Of a DNA stretch of 64,000 nt, positions 35,772 to 45,942 are shown in pieces (the first letter of the stretch is position 1; each line of letters begins with the position of its first letter). Source of the DNA: a virus. The position numbers and the translations under genes are program-made. The notes below the pieces were generated by a model. That model was not told the DNA's origin. It did not search any database and saw only the letters and a list, made by a program, of their open reading frames with translations. The DNA lies in the IMG/VR virus record IMGVR_UViG_3300042691_027609. One strand, given 5' to 3'.

Positions 35772-36829
35772 TATCTCGTAATTTTAAAAATATCATCGTT
35801 ATCAACAACAACAGTTTCACCAGAATCTAATATTGTTTTGATTAATATTTTATAATATCTTTCTGGTTCCAACCCAGATATATAAACATTAAAATAGTTT
35901 CCGTTAGAATCACAACTTATCTTTGTGTAATTATCATCAAAATCTATGATTGTATCCTCTGTCTTAACATCTTTTAAACTCCAATATGAACTACTGGGTA
36001 AACATTTGTTTGTCATATACCATGATGATGTAGTAAATGTTCTTGTCGGGAATAAATCTCTAGCAGAGACTCTAAATTGGAATTTATCAGTTTTTGATTT
36101 TATGTTGCTAGGATTATTCGATACGTGAATAACAGATCTATTATCGTTAATCTTTGTTAACGATCCAGTATTATATGCACTATCATCCCATCTTACTTCT
36201 AAGCACGGAGGATATATAGTTGGAGTATCTACACTAAAAAAATTTAATTTTATATAACTACCAGATGCATTTTCTAAAGATGATGAGTGTTTTAGTATGA
36301 ATCCATAGTTGCTACTTCCATTAAACCAATTATTTACTATTGGCGTTACATTAGCACACACGTCTTTTTCGTCTTTATAATCAAAAGATTGAGAACAAAC
36401 AGTAGTCCACGATCCTCCACCAGAAGTTATATAAAAAGATGGATTTGTCCAATTACTAGCAGTAGCTACATATGACGACGTATTATACCAAGAAACTCCA
36501 TTCTTTTTTTCTGGCTCATCAGTAAATTTACCTGTGCCCATTGTCCAATAATCGCTTACTTGATTTACTTCTAATTTATACGGTAAAGATAGGTTTTCTG
36601 CGTTTGATACATACAATTTCAAATAAGCATCCCAAGATCCAGATTTAAGATTTTTTAATTTAGTTATATCATTATCTGAAAATAAAATAAGAGATCTTCT
36701 AATATTGTCACCCGATTTGTTGTCATTCAAAACAGACACTTCTAATATCTCATCTAATCCAGTATTCTTAGTTGGAAAATACGAATATATCGATGCATCA
36801 GCTGTAGGAAATATTTTATATATGGCCAT
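35771..36829 (-). CDS. Virion structural protein (DNRLRE-like jelly-roll plus C-terminal domain)
   Basis: PTADASIY...RRSLILF...NYGFILK...PCLEVRW pattern. Confidence 0.6.
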   Translation of the reverse strand: MAIYKIFPTADASIYSYFPTKNTGLDEILEVSVLNDNKSGDNIRRSLILFSDNDITKLKNLKSGSWDAYLKLYVSNAENLSLPYKLEVNQVSDYWTMGTGKFTDEPEKKNGVSWYNTSSYVATASNWTNPSFYITSGGGSWTTVCSQSFDYKDEKDVCANVTPIVNNWFNGSSNYGFILKHSSSLENASGSYIKLNFFSVDTPTIYPPCLEVRWDDSAYNTGSLTKINDNRSVIHVSNNPSNIKSKTDKFQFRVSARDLFPTRTFTTSSWYMTNKCLPSSSYWSLKDVKTEDTIIDFDDNYTKISCDSNGNYFNVYISGLEPERYYKILIKTILDSGETVVVDNDDIFKITR

Positions 36830-36852
36830 TATGAATTTTTATTATAATTATT

Positions 36853-38712
36853 TTAATATGCAACAACTCTACCTCTTATATCTGTATCGGGGTACTTTAT
36901 TTCAAATATTGATGGATCAAGAGATGGATATATAACTCCTTTTAATGTTGCTCCTGGAATATCGTATGCATATTTTGAATATCCATCAGCTTCTCCAACT
37001 TTATTTGTTATATCTACTTTGGTGACCGTTTGAACTCCTTCTACTTGATCTAATATAGAATATACGTTAGACAAAACAATTGGTTGATTTATTTGCCAAT
37101 TTCCTATATTAAAGTAGTTTTTAAGAACAGCTATGCATCTAGCTAATACATCTTGTCCTGAGAAATTGGGATATATAACTATTTCAAAATTACAAGCTAT
37201 GTTGATTATATACGCATTTTTTAAATTAATCGCATCAGTTAGTAGTTTATATTCGTTCAAATACGTTTTAACATTATTTAATAATGCTTGTGAAGGGAAA
37301 TCCAAATTTCCGTTTGAATTGTAACTTAATAAGTACAAACTTATTAGTATCTGATCTTTAGTATAAGCTGATGAGTTTATATAGTTTTTAAATGTTGCAT
37401 CGTCTTTTGTAACAAATACTTTAGAAATTTTTCCAAATTTAGCTGGCATGCTAATAACTCTTGACATGTAATCCTGTTGAGTAACAGCTCTCATTTGAGA
37501 AGGAAATTGCGATAGTATGTTATATCTTAACTCCTCGATTGTTTCTCCATCTCCACCTCCCGCTGCAGGCGAAGGATTGTTAACCACAACCGTATTCACT
37601 CTCGATGGAGATGAAACAGACGTTGATGATATAGATGACACTCTATTTAATTCGTTGGAAAATACATTAGAGTTTGCTCCTCCTCCAGCTAAATATTTTA
37701 CAGTAAGAGTAGTATTTTTAGGAACCAATCCATATGTTTGAGTTACTACAAAATTAGTTGGATCAAAAGCTGTATTCATTAGCGTTAGTGAATCTGTTAA
37801 TCCCAAACTTGCGCTCTGTGGTAACGGTAATATTTGATTATCAGCTTTAGTCGAGTCTATTCCAGATCCAAATTCTATCATCATTGTTCCATTTGATAAA
37901 AATCTAGTTGTGAATCTTCTTGGAACCGACAATTTTTCAATCATGTAAGGAACCTGGTTGTTGAATTGATATAGATCTGGATAATTTGAAGCTATATTAG
38001 CAACAGGGTTTAATATGTAGTCTTGCGCTAGATATGGAACCTCATACCATTTATTACCATCGCTATCAGTGATACTGATTATATCTATGATATTTGAATC
38101 TTGTAAAGTTATTGATGGAAATCTATCAGAATTACCGAAATCGAAAGCGGCTGATTTAACCTGTCCTGATATTGCTTTAACTGTTTTTTTCAATAAAAAA
38201 GTGTCTGGATTATTTCCCGTTAAAGAATACACTGATACTTCCGTGGGATCCATAGATGAGGACATCGTAAAATCTATTTTATCAGGCACGTAAAACGTTA
38301 TAGACGAATCCGTTGCTGGTGTTACTTGCATTCCTTCGGCTATCGTTAAAGCGTATCCAAAATCAGGTAAGTAGTCTGCTCCTGATTGAACTGATAAAAC
38401 TGTTTGATACACGTCTAAATCAACCACAGCTGCGGATGTGACTTTGGGTCTATAACCCAACATATATGCAAGAGTATATAAATTATTTGGCTGTTTTGCG
38501 TATTGTAAAAAACTTTCTTGAATTTGGTTATCTAAGTAATACGATAGTACATCTCCCACATAAGCAGCCATCTCAATAAACATAGTACCTGGTGAAGCTG
38601 CACTAAAATCATTGTATGAATTGGGAAAATAAGATTTTGCGTACTCTATTAAATCTGTTTTAAAAGTAGAAAAATCTTTATTTAAATATTTTATGTCTTT
38701 ATTTTCTGCCAT
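36853..38712 (-). CDS. Baseplate wedge subunit (T4 gp6 / baseplate J-like)
   Basis: DFSTFKTDL, YNDFSAASPG..FIEMAAYVGDVLSYYLD, GGGDGETIEELR, RAVTQQDY. Confidence 0.9.
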   Translation of the reverse strand: MAENKDIKYLNKDFSTFKTDLIEYAKSYFPNSYNDFSAASPGTMFIEMAAYVGDVLSYYLDNQIQESFLQYAKQPNNLYTLAYMLGYRPKVTSAAVVDLDVYQTVLSVQSGADYLPDFGYALTIAEGMQVTPATDSSITFYVPDKIDFTMSSSMDPTEVSVYSLTGNNPDTFLLKKTVKAISGQVKSAAFDFGNSDRFPSITLQDSNIIDIISITDSDGNKWYEVPYLAQDYILNPVANIASNYPDLYQFNNQVPYMIEKLSVPRRFTTRFLSNGTMMIEFGSGIDSTKADNQILPLPQSASLGLTDSLTLMNTAFDPTNFVVTQTYGLVPKNTTLTVKYLAGGGANSNVFSNELNRVSSISSTSVSSPSRVNTVVVNNPSPAAGGGDGETIEELRYNILSQFPSQMRAVTQQDYMSRVISMPAKFGKISKVFVTKDDATFKNYINSSAYTKDQILISLYLLSYNSNGNLDFPSQALLNNVKTYLNEYKLLTDAINLKNAYIINIACNFEIVIYPNFSGQDVLARCIAVLKNYFNIGNWQINQPIVLSNVYSILDQVEGVQTVTKVDITNKVGEADGYSKYAYDIPGATLKGVIYPSLDPSIFEIKYPDTDIRGRVVAY

Positions 38713-38717
38713 TTTAT

Positions 38718-39128
38718 TTAATTTTGTATTTGTATACTAACTTCGTCAAACTCACTTGTGCTTAGTATACTATAAGAGAATTGTATGCTAATCTCATTCT
38801 TGTCTGGATTTGCTAGTACATCCACTGATTCGACTTTTACATTAGGAAAAAATTTTTCTAGTTTAGATGTCAATGCTAGTTTAATTTCATCGACAGTTTT
38901 TTGATTTATGTATTCAAATATCTTAGATCGTAATCCTGCACCAAAAGTCGGACTAAACGGTCTTTCTCTTGGATCTGATAATAGATAGTTTATAAGATTG
39001 TATTTTGTTTGTTCTTTGGTCGTATAAACCGTAGTAAATACGCCATTAGATGAAAATGGAATTTTGACACCCACTCCAGTAGATGGTCGCGTATCGACTA
39101 TTGGTATTATTTTTACTCCGTATGCCAT
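38718..39128 (-). CDS. Baseplate gp25-like protein
   Basis: NLINYLLSDPRERPFSPTFGAGL. Confidence 0.85.
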   Translation of the reverse strand: MAYGVKIIPIVDTRPSTGVGVKIPFSSNGVFTTVYTTKEQTKYNLINYLLSDPRERPFSPTFGAGLRSKIFEYINQKTVDEIKLALTSKLEKFFPNVKVESVDVLANPDKNEISIQFSYSILSTSEFDEVSIQIQN

Positions 39129-39129
39129 A

Positions 39130-39600
39130 TTACATTACTCCGTTGTTAATCATTTTTTTCATTAAATTAGAATAATCTGGAACTTCGTTGATTTGTACTG
39201 CTTCTAGATTTGAACTTTGTCTCGCTGTAGATAACATGCCATTCACATCACCAACTGATGCTTCTTTTGGTTGGAAAAAAGAAACAGGATTGACATCATC
39301 AGATGTGAAATTGATTGATGCATCTTCGTTATCAATCATATTCATAGCTGTTTCGTTAAGCAAGTCATTCAATGGAGAATTACCGTAGAATGTTGATTGA
39401 ATATTAGACTGAATTCTTTTTTGGTAAGTTTCAGGCGTATTTAACGATAGTGGAATTTGGGATTTTTTTGTCTCTTTTATCACATTTTTAATTCCAGTTT
39501 CTTTATTTATATTTTCTGATAGAAGACGAGGCAATTCTTGCCTTAGGGCTTTTACCACCTCTTCTTTAATTATCTGTCTAAGTATATCTAATTTTGCCAT
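39130..39600 (-). CDS. Late protein with leader-like N-terminus
   Basis: MAKLDILRQIIKEEV; LLSE and LLNE sites; late motif 5 nt upstream. Confidence 0.7.
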   Translation of the reverse strand: MAKLDILRQIIKEEVVKALRQELPRLLSENINKETGIKNVIKETKKSQIPLSLNTPETYQKRIQSNIQSTFYGNSPLNDLLNETAMNMIDNEDASINFTSDDVNPVSFFQPKEASVGDVNGMLSTARQSSNLEAVQINEVPDYSNLMKKMINNGVM

Positions 39601-39627
39601 ATCTTATAAATATTATTTTCTATTTTT

Positions 39628-41685
39628 TTATGGGGATGTTTTACTTAATTTAGACAATTCGTTTTCTTTTTGTTTTAACAATTTTACTAAATCGTCTACG
39701 CGTTTTTTGAATATAATAATAACAGGTCTTAAAAGAGGATTCAAAACTGCAGCTGCAATGGTAACCGTTAGTTTTCTTTTTGCTGCGGCTATATCATCTT
39801 TAACTACACCAATTTCTGCTTTTAGTGAATCAATCTTAGATTTTTTAGTAGCTTGAGAATTTGGATCTGATGATCTAAGTTCATTTGCCAATTTTCTTTT
39901 TGCTTTAGCCGTTTCTCTACGCATTCTGCGTCTCAATCTTCTACCGCCCTTTAATTTATTAACGAATCCTTGTAAACCCAATCCAGCAGGTGGATCGCTG
40001 TCTTCATCATCATTATCCTCTTCTATTTCTTCGTCCTCAGTAAAAACGTCTTGTTCTGCAGGTTCATCTGTATCTAAGTAATTAGCAGATTCGTCCATGA
40101 CTGCTAAATATTCACTAGGTATTAAACCAGTTAAGTTTTGTTTTGGCAGCAATAGTTTAACTTCGTCTATAATCACTCTATCATCGGTAGCAAAAGTAGG
40201 CACAGATTTTGCAACTACAATGCCTCTATTATTTAGAGCTATTCCATATCTACGACGTAAATTTATCCCCTCATCAACCACTTCTTCAGTTAAAATTTGA
40301 ATAGTGTATTCACCGATTCGCTTCTTTCTTTTCGAATTATTATTATCATACGTGTTTATATAGTTATTTAAATCATTTATAGTTGATTGTGTATCGGTTA
40401 CTGCTGAATCTATATTTTGTATAGTTTCATTTTTAGATTCTTGTAAATCACAATTCTGTAAATTTATACGTACAACTTGTAAATAATTTAATATTTGGCC
40501 AAATTCAGTAAGTCTTTTTTGACAAAAAAAGTAAACCGCTGATAAAATTCTATTAATTTCATTTAATCTGTCTGTAAAAAAATCGACTTTCTTTTGAAGT
40601 TTAGCGACTGCATCTCCAATAGTAACTGGTTCAGCTGTTGTGGTAAATATCGATGGTATTGGCAGTTTCTTTAAGAACTTAGCTATAACAAAAAGAACTT
40701 TAATTATTATACTAGCTATGCTAATAATAGTTCTAACGATATTGATAGCGGTTAAGAGCGATTTAATTGCTTTGTATGCTACGTTAACGCCTTTTTGAAT
40801 ACTTTTTACAACGCTTTCTATTTTTTTTGGATCGATTAACTTTTGTAGTTTTTGTATTTGCTCAGCTAGTTTACCACCCAAAAAAGTATCTGCAAAGGCA
40901 ATAAGATCTCTCGGTTTATTTAGACCTTGTATCAATATACACGTTGATCTTGTTTTATCTATATAGGATAGTATTTTTTTAAAATCAGGCCCTGTGGGTA
41001 TCCTTCTTATGTCTGTATACTGATCAAAAAAAGTATTTGCGACAGTAAAAAAATTTGTGTAATTAGCTAATTGAGGAAAAGCGTTATTTAATTCCGCGTT
41101 ATTGAATAAATCATCTGTTGTTTCTGTCAAATTTCTAAACTCTTGCACTATTTTTATAACGACGTCTTGAGCCTTACTAACATTTTCAGGATTTTTTGGA
41201 TTTGATATATCGTCAATTGCATTATAATATCCATCTATATACCCCTGTATTCTATACGCTGCGTATTGTAATTTATATTTAGCTCTACCTAATGCTGTAT
41301 CTCTTTCTTTAGTATCATTAGGATTAAATTTTTTACCTCCTGGTACTTGATCGATTAAGTAATTTAGTATATTACACAAATCAATGGACGACATTAACTC
41401 AACTAGTGGTATAAGCCCATATTTTAATGGATTTATTTTTTGTGCTCCTACATCAGTTGGAACTCCTTGTAAGATATCCGTCGTTGTTCTATCAACTTTT
41501 TTTACTATTTTAATAAATTCTGTAGAAAATCGATTTAGTCCAATAGCTGTTGTTCCTGCGACCTGTTGCGTAAGTTTTTTAGACGCTTTAGCGTTAAATC
41601 CCATTAACTGAAATCCCACTTGAAGACTTGCTTCTTCACTTTTAGTTAAAGTGCGAGGAGGTTGCGCTGTTTTTGTGGTTGCCAT
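39628..41685 (-). CDS. Large helical tail-associated protein
   Basis: Hydrophobic central helices, acidic tract then Arg-rich tract; follows spike-like genes. Confidence 0.65.
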   Translation of the reverse strand: MATTKTAQPPRTLTKSEEASLQVGFQLMGFNAKASKKLTQQVAGTTAIGLNRFSTEFIKIVKKVDRTTTDILQGVPTDVGAQKINPLKYGLIPLVELMSSIDLCNILNYLIDQVPGGKKFNPNDTKERDTALGRAKYKLQYAAYRIQGYIDGYYNAIDDISNPKNPENVSKAQDVVIKIVQEFRNLTETTDDLFNNAELNNAFPQLANYTNFFTVANTFFDQYTDIRRIPTGPDFKKILSYIDKTRSTCILIQGLNKPRDLIAFADTFLGGKLAEQIQKLQKLIDPKKIESVVKSIQKGVNVAYKAIKSLLTAINIVRTIISIASIIIKVLFVIAKFLKKLPIPSIFTTTAEPVTIGDAVAKLQKKVDFFTDRLNEINRILSAVYFFCQKRLTEFGQILNYLQVVRINLQNCDLQESKNETIQNIDSAVTDTQSTINDLNNYINTYDNNNSKRKKRIGEYTIQILTEEVVDEGINLRRRYGIALNNRGIVVAKSVPTFATDDRVIIDEVKLLLPKQNLTGLIPSEYLAVMDESANYLDTDEPAEQDVFTEDEEIEEDNDDEDSDPPAGLGLQGFVNKLKGGRRLRRRMRRETAKAKRKLANELRSSDPNSQATKKSKIDSLKAEIGVVKDDIAAAKRKLTVTIAAAVLNPLLRPVIIIFKKRVDDLVKLLKQKENELSKLSKTSP

Positions 41686-42128
41686 TATCTAGTGAATGTG
41701 TTTTTAGATAGCATAAAATTAGGACCTTGCGTATCGCTAAGTAAACCAACCATTCTTTCGCTCATGTTTCTTAACTCAATGCCTGTTTCTTGAACTATCA
41801 ACCAAGATTTAGCATCTCCCGTTTTTGATACTGCTGATAGTTGTGTACCGCAATAATTTATAGTTGTCAACATTTCAAGTAGTAGGTTTATTAACTTATA
41901 CCCCTTAACTACTGGTTCTCCTCTTAGTACAGCATCATTTCCTAATTCAATAACGTCAGAGTCGATTAGGATCTTTTCTTTTGCATCTATATTAACTGTT
42001 CCGTTAGACGCTATTGCAACCATTTGTTTTCCAAATAAGAATATTCCATCAGATTTAGCGTGTAATACTACTCTATCAGAAGATAGTATTATTTGGTTGT
42101 TTTTATATGGGAATTGAGGATTAAGCAT
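41685..42128 (-). CDS. Baseplate spike (gp5 C-terminal-like) protein
   Basis: QIILSSDRVVLHAK beta-repeats; IELG...EPVVKG. Confidence 0.6.
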   Translation of the reverse strand: MLNPQFPYKNNQIILSSDRVVLHAKSDGIFLFGKQMVAIASNGTVNIDAKEKILIDSDVIELGNDAVLRGEPVVKGYKLINLLLEMLTTINYCGTQLSAVSKTGDAKSWLIVQETGIELRNMSERMVGLLSDTQGPNFMLSKNTFTR

Positions 42129-43036
42129 TATATATTTAATGATTTATCGTCTTGATCTTTCGCTGATATGAATTCGTTAGATCTCGGAACTTGTTCAGGT
42201 ATTACCACAACATTTACTTTTGGATCAACAGATGTAGATAACTTCCAAGATCTTATTTGAAAAGTGTTTATGTCGTCAATAATTATAGGTTGAGTAGATG
42301 TCATATATATAGATGATCCGTCCTTGTTTATATCTTCCACTGTAGTAGGAGAATTCTTTTCTACGTTAGTGACATATTTTCTTTGCGAATTAACGAAAAT
42401 ACTTATAGGATCACCAGAATTTAATAATTCATTAGATGCCAAAGACCACGGATTTGATGATTTCATAGTTGGCACTGTAGATCCAAATCTAATGGATTGT
42501 CCCCATCGACCTTGAATTATAGTATCACCTTCAAACGGTCTTAGATTTTTTACGTTATCTTTTTCCACGAACGTAGCTCCTACAGGTAGCGATAGATAAC
42601 TAGTATCAGTTTCAGCTCTTGTTGTATCTACTAATTGATTTTTTATATATGCTGCGTATTCTTCCATATTTGGAAAAGGATTCATATGCGCAGAATTAAA
42701 TAAAGAAAACGGGGGAAAGTAAAACAGGTCTTGATTCTGAGATGAATCATTCATATCAGCAGAAGGACCCTGAACCAACAAAACTATTTCATTAATTAGC
42801 GGATATTGTCTAATAAATCCATGGATTGGATAAGCTGGTTTGGTCGTATCAAGTTGACCAGTGGTCATTTTTCCTGAGTATAGTAATTCATATTTTATAG
42901 CACCCAAATCCTTTTCGCTCGTGTAATCAGGATCCACCGTCGAATCATTTATCTTTGGACCTAAAATAACTTTTTTTACCCTCGCTATTAAGAGTTGTTT
43001 GCCTTGTCCCTGAATATTTTTATACGCGTTAAACAT
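42128..43036 (-). CDS. Baseplate hub/spike N-terminal (gp5 OB-like) protein
   Basis: YPLINEIV; PFEGDTIIQGRWGQSIRFGS. Confidence 0.6.
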   Translation of the reverse strand: MFNAYKNIQGQGKQLLIARVKKVILGPKINDSTVDPDYTSEKDLGAIKYELLYSGKMTTGQLDTTKPAYPIHGFIRQYPLINEIVLLVQGPSADMNDSSQNQDLFYFPPFSLFNSAHMNPFPNMEEYAAYIKNQLVDTTRAETDTSYLSLPVGATFVEKDNVKNLRPFEGDTIIQGRWGQSIRFGSTVPTMKSSNPWSLASNELLNSGDPISIFVNSQRKYVTNVEKNSPTTVEDINKDGSSIYMTSTQPIIIDDINTFQIRSWKLSTSVDPKVNVVVIPEQVPRSNEFISAKDQDDKSLNI

Positions 43037-43037
43037 T

Positions 43038-43394
43038 TTACTGTTTTAGTTTTTTAGTATCGTCTATTTGTAAAATGTTAACATCTTTAAAAAGTTGAGC
43101 TATATCATTCTCAGATAATATTGACGAATCTGCATCTTGAGATTGACTTTTTTCAGAAGCTTTTTGAAAAATACCGAGTATTTTCATTAAAACTTCATCG
43201 TTTTTTAAACTAGAATCAAAAAAACCTTTTAGAAGAGGCACAATAATGATAGCATCTCCAGGAGAAGATATAAGTTCTGACAACCTAGTTATTTCACGGG
43301 AGATATTCTCGTCTTGGGATTTATGTTTTTCATATATTTCTTTGACGAGATCAGATATTTTTTTGCCATCAAATAATTCCTTATCTAGTTCCAT
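43038..43394 (-). CDS. Hypothetical late protein (start re-called at 43394)
   Basis: Late motif lies 9 nt upstream of the ATG of MELDKE. Confidence 0.7.
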   Translation of the reverse strand: MELDKELFDGKKISDLVKEIYEKHKSQDENISREITRLSELISSPGDAIIIVPLLKGFFDSSLKNDEVLMKILGIFQKASEKSQSQDADSSILSENDIAQLFKDVNILQIDDTKKLKQ

Positions 43395-43413
43395 ATCTTT
43401 AGAATAAATATTG

Positions 43414-44157
43414 CTAATCAATATTTTCAATATGACTATTGAGTATCTTACGGTATATGATTTTTATTTGCTTTATCACCTTCGTAATTGTAATTGAGTT
43501 TACATCAGTCATTTCTTTTACATATATGAATATAGCTTTTTTATTTGTTATATCAAGTTTGTCTCTCTTTTTAAATATTTCTATGATAGCATCAGCTGTT
43601 TTTATTTCGTCTGCTTTTTCAAAAAGATCAAAAAGATTATCTTCTAAATATTTTACCAGAATATCTATAACGTCTAATCTGTCTATGGGATTTTCGTTGG
43701 GCTGTTCTATTAACTTTGAAATTGTGTTTTCTTCGTTGTGTATCTCTTGAAAATCTATTTTAGAAGTTACCTTTTTGTAATTTTTTTGATTGTATAAGAT
43801 CAGATATCTTTTAACAATTGTCCCAAAATACGAATACGCTTTGCCTTTTGATTGATCGTATAAATCTATTTTTTGTAATAAAAACGATATAACTTCGTAT
43901 TTAAGATCTTCAATATTATCGACGTCTGTATAGTAAAACTTAAACGTATGGATAATATTTTCTGCTAATTTATAAAAAGCATAGTGAATACTTTGATTGT
44001 ATAGTTTATTTTTTTCTTCGTAAGTCTTAGCAGATCTATATTGCAGAATAGCGTTTTCTGTTTCTTCTGTAAAATATACGTTTTTTGTCTTAGGTTTTCT
44101 TTTTCTTGGCTTACCAACTTTGGTTAAACCCAAGTCTAAATTTGTTTCTAATTCCAT
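43414..44157 (-). CDS. RNA polymerase sigma factor (T4 gp55-like, probably late)
   Basis: Region-2-like KLAENII...EDLKYEVISFLLQKIDLYDQSKGKAYSYFGTIVKR. Confidence 0.75.
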   Translation of the reverse strand: MELETNLDLGLTKVGKPRKRKPKTKNVYFTEETENAILQYRSAKTYEEKNKLYNQSIHYAFYKLAENIIHTFKFYYTDVDNIEDLKYEVISFLLQKIDLYDQSKGKAYSYFGTIVKRYLILYNQKNYKKVTSKIDFQEIHNEENTISKLIEQPNENPIDRLDVIDILVKYLEDNLFDLFEKADEIKTADAIIEIFKKRDKLDITNKKAIFIYVKEMTDVNSITITKVIKQIKIIYRKILNSHIENID

Positions 44158-44162
44158 GCTAA

Positions 44163-44435
44163 TTAGTTATTATCTAAATAATCTTTTACCCTTGATTGTA
44201 TTTCTTTTACAGAATCGAAAAGATTGGTTAACTCTGGATCGGATTGTACCCAAATCTTTGCGTCTATTTGCTCTACTGCTTTATTTAGATCTTTAAATGT
44301 GGATAAGATGTTGTTTATAAAATTCGATTGTTTTATTACGGTATTCTCTAACTTTACATTTTTATTATAGAGATTATATATTACCCATGAGAGTATTGTA
44401 ACTACCCAAAGAATTATTGTTATTGTTGTAATCAT
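44163..44435 (-). CDS. Membrane-anchored coiled-coil protein
   Basis: N-terminal TM helix. Confidence 0.7.
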   Translation of the reverse strand: MITTITIILWVVTILSWVIYNLYNKNVKLENTVIKQSNFINNILSTFKDLNKAVEQIDAKIWVQSDPELTNLFDSVKEIQSRVKDYLDNN

Positions 44436-44438
44436 ATA

Positions 44439-45074
44439 TTATTTATTTTGTGTTTCTACTTTTGATGCGAGTAAATCTGCCTGGTGTATGATATATGGTA
44501 GATTAGATCTTATTGCTGTGTCCTCAGAGAACGTTATGTAGTATGGTTTATTACCTTCTTCATATAACCCATCGTGTAACTTTATTGCTAAGAACTCGTT
44601 TTCTGTAACTGGTATGTTGGATCTTTGCAAATAATATAAACTTCTGTCTGCGATTCTCATGTGCGACATTTTTGTGTTTATTTTGTAGTATGCGCCTTGG
44701 TTTTTAATATGCCAATCTGAATCGTTCGGAATGTAAAAAGATTCTCCGTCACATCCTAACTTACCTAGATCGTGATTGATACACGAAAAAACTAATTCTT
44801 CTAAAGTATAATTTTTTTTCTGATCAAATTTATCCCACACTCGATCTAACACAAGTGCAGCTTCAACGACTCTTAAAACATGGTCCAAATATCCACCTGG
44901 GAAACAGTTGTGATGAGATACTTTTGTACTTGCTGGTGCTGTAGCAAGATCATATTCCACTGCATTATAGAATTTGATTAGTTGATCTTTCCGTTCTCCA
45001 GTTATATATTTTTCAATATATGCATAAAACTTTTCCAGATTTTCGCTGATTTGTTCAGCTGTTAATTTTTTCAT
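44439..45074 (-). CDS. HD-domain phosphohydrolase
   Basis: APAS...HH..PGGYLDHVLRV, HDLGK, LHDG, HQAD. Confidence 0.9.
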   Translation of the reverse strand: MKKLTAEQISENLEKFYAYIEKYITGERKDQLIKFYNAVEYDLATAPASTKVSHHNCFPGGYLDHVLRVVEAALVLDRVWDKFDQKKNYTLEELVFSCINHDLGKLGCDGESFYIPNDSDWHIKNQGAYYKINTKMSHMRIADRSLYYLQRSNIPVTENEFLAIKLHDGLYEEGNKPYYITFSEDTAIRSNLPYIIHQADLLASKVETQNK

Positions 45075-45084
45075 AAACTATTTT

Positions 45085-45402
45085 TTATAAATGTAACAAA
45101 TTCATAACGATATTATGCATATTATTTATCGAGTGAGCATACATTATAAATTGATTATCAACAGTGGTAACCCCTGATAGTTTCTGGTAATCCATTGTTA
45201 ATGATACGATATATTTGTTATCGACAATAGTTATTGGGTATAAATCACACGAGATAATATTTTCTACACTATCGCAAAATTTAGAATTGTTAGAATCATT
45301 GCATGATATATCAATATATACTACCATCGATTCGCGTAACAAATTTTTATATTTTTTGCACTTATCGCAATCGTCAAGACTCAGTATCTGTATCTTCTTC
45401 AT
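45085..45402 (-). CDS. Glutaredoxin/thioredoxin-like protein
   Basis: CDKC near the N-terminus and YP cis-Pro motif. Confidence 0.65.
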   Translation of the reverse strand: MKKIQILSLDDCDKCKKYKNLLRESMVVYIDISCNDSNNSKFCDSVENIISCDLYPITIVDNKYIVSLTMDYQKLSGVTTVDNQFIMYAHSINNMHNIVMNLLHL

Positions 45403-45592
45403 CTATTTCTTCATTATATTCAGGATCAAATTTTTCTAGTAATACAGCCCAAAAAGCCTTTTCTTCAGTACTAATATCGTCACTAAACATTGAAAGATAT
45501 GCGTATATTCCATCAAGTTCATTTTCTCCAATTGATAATTCATTCAACGCAGCTAAAAAATCTTTGTTAAAGATGTTGTTTTCCTGTACCAT
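45374..45592 (-). CDS. Small acidic hypothetical protein
   Basis: ORF heading the minus-strand operon; ATG at 45592 preferred over TTG at 45619. Confidence 0.6.
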   Translation of the reverse strand: MVQENNIFNKDFLAALNELSIGENELDGIYAYLSMFSDDISTEEKAFWAVLLEKFDPEYNEEIDEEDTDTES

Positions 45593-45678
45593 ATTATTTT
45601 GTTTTTTTGCATATCCCAATTATTAACAGGGTATTATCTTTTTTTTCGGTGACTCCATTTTAATATGTTAGTTTATTT

Positions 45679-45836
45679 CTATCGCCCTGCGGAAATTACC
45701 CCGTCGTTATTACGATATTCGATAGCTTTTATTTAGCATATTTATTTTTATACCTGACGTATTTGTCTCGCGCCTGGTAGTGCTATACCAATTGATCTAC
45801 GACTCGCTCATGGAATCCCACCAAGCTACGGTATAG
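45679..45836 (-). ncRNA. Candidate structured ncRNA or leader RNA
   Basis: Three stem domains whose G-U pairs form only on the minus strand. Confidence 0.5.
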
Positions 45837-45942
45837 AGCTCAATTTTGCACATTAATATATGCAATATTGTATTTTTATTTTTACAAAGAAAATTTTTTT
45901 TCTTAGTACATAGAAAAAAAGCTTCTTTATATAGAATAATTA

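Noticed and set aside
31153-42515. Numerous + strand ORFs within the tail module
   Set aside because: Antisense shadows of long minus-strand structural genes.
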